Assembly: GCA_934095845.1 (NCBI GenBank)
Contig: CAKOKS010000001.1
Location: 5,689-69,688 of the forward strand
Direction of reading: 5' to 3'
From: an uncultured Bacilli bacterium
GTDB taxonomy: Bacteria; Bacillota_I; Bacilli_A; RF39; UBA660
Length of the DNA stretch: 64,000 nucleotides
Of this stretch, positions 63,327 to 64,000 are shown one piece after another. Position 1 is the first letter of the stretch. Each line of letters starts with the position of its first letter. The translations under genes and the position numbers were made by a program. The notes beneath the pieces are model-generated. The model ran no database searches and was not told where the DNA came from. It was given only the letters and a program-made list of their open reading frames with translations.

Positions 63327-64000
63327 ATGAAAGTTGTAAATGATTTTTTTGAATATGAAATCCTTGATATGAAAAAAGGAGAAAAGTTAGAAAATTGGAA
63401 TGGAGTAAAATTACTTAGACCAGATCCTCAAATTATATGGGATAAATCTGTAGATAATAATTTATGGAATAGTTATGATGCTAGATATGAAAGAAGTAAA
63501 AGTGGAGGAGGAATGTGGCAAATAAAAAATAAGAACATTCCTTATTCATGGCAAATACATTATAAAGATTTGACTTTTAATTTAAAACTTATGGGTTTTA
63601 AACATACTGGTTTATTTCCTGAACAAGCATATAATTGGAATATTTTAAGAGATAAAATAAAAAATGCTAGAAGAGATGTTAAAGTTTTAAATTTATTTGC
63701 TTATACCGGTGGAGCAAGTGTTGCTGCTTTAAGTGTTGGAGCAAGTGTTGTTCATGTTGATTCATCTAGAGGTATGGTTGACTGGGCTAAGGAAAATGTA
63801 AATGCTTCTAACTTGAGTGATAGACCTATTAGATTTATTGTTGACGATGTTTTAAAATTTGTTGAAAGAGAAATTAGAAGAGGTAATAAATACGATATTA
63901 TTATAATGGATCCTCCTTCATTTGGAAGAGGTACCAATAAAGAGGTATGGAATATTGAAACTAGTCTTTATGATTTAGTTAGTAAATGTACTCAAGTGTT
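63327..64000 (+). CDS. class I SAM-dependent RNA methyltransferase (RlmI/RlmK-like), 3'-partial
   Basis: ..VLNLFAYTGGASVAA.. (motif I) and ..IIIMDPPSFG.. (motif IV). The ORF runs off the window end. Confidence 0.8.
   Translation, partial: MKVVNDFFEYEILDMKKGEKLENWNGVKLLRPDPQIIWDKSVDNNLWNSYDARYERSKSGGGMWQIKNKNIPYSWQIHYKDLTFNLKLMGFKHTGLFPEQAYNWNILRDKIKNARRDVKVLNLFAYTGGASVAALSVGASVVHVDSSRGMVDWAKENVNASNLSDRPIRFIVDDVLKFVEREIRRGNKYDIIIMDPPSFGRGTNKEVWNIETSLYDLVSKCTQV

Noticed and set aside
1-64000. CRISPR arrays, tRNA or rRNA genes, reverse transcriptase or retron elements, integrases.
   Set aside because: Reading through the window, I found no regularly spaced direct repeats, no tRNA or rRNA-like conserved blocks, and no RT or recombinase motifs in any ORF.

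Overview
Very AT-rich, low-G+C Firmicutes-type chromosomal segment. It uses the standard code: long ORFs use TGG for Trp and end at TGA. The cotJB-cotJC spore-coat genes indicate a spore-former. About 60 credible CDSs, mostly on the + strand, with many hairpin plus T-run terminators. Core and envelope content: LCP ligase, thioredoxin-like protein, two GT2 glycosyltransferases, peptidase U32, secreted thermonuclease, LtaS-like sulfatase, three ABC exporter genes, LysM/amidase-like proteins, Ca-type P-type ATPase, GtrA, UDP-galactopyranose mutase, a GT-C-like membrane protein, UvrB, CBS-DHH pyrophosphatase, PAP2, SDR, Zn-ADH, SPFH protein and a partial rRNA methyltransferase. Accessory or decayed content: an intact IS30-family element with a target-site duplication, a decayed Bro-N/DinD-like pseudogene, a 5'-truncated amidase/LysM gene, and an orphan HerA-like ATPase. 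Three ORF pairs are split at homopolymer runs. There is a holin plus M15-endolysin pair with no phage structural genes, next to large signal-less proteins and a stand-alone RNAP alpha-CTD-like protein. An R2K-like ATP-grasp gene is followed by a three-gene cassette bracketed by a 32-bp direct repeat that duplicates the uvrB promoter. The feature I find most interesting is an apparently independent ~500-nt non-coding transcription unit at 57.76-58.26 kb. It has its own promoter, a long 5'/3' closing helix, several hairpins, a strong terminator and locally raised G+C, and I cannot assign it to any RNA class I know. No rRNA, tRNA or CRISPR array was seen. All family calls rest on motifs read by eye, with no database search.
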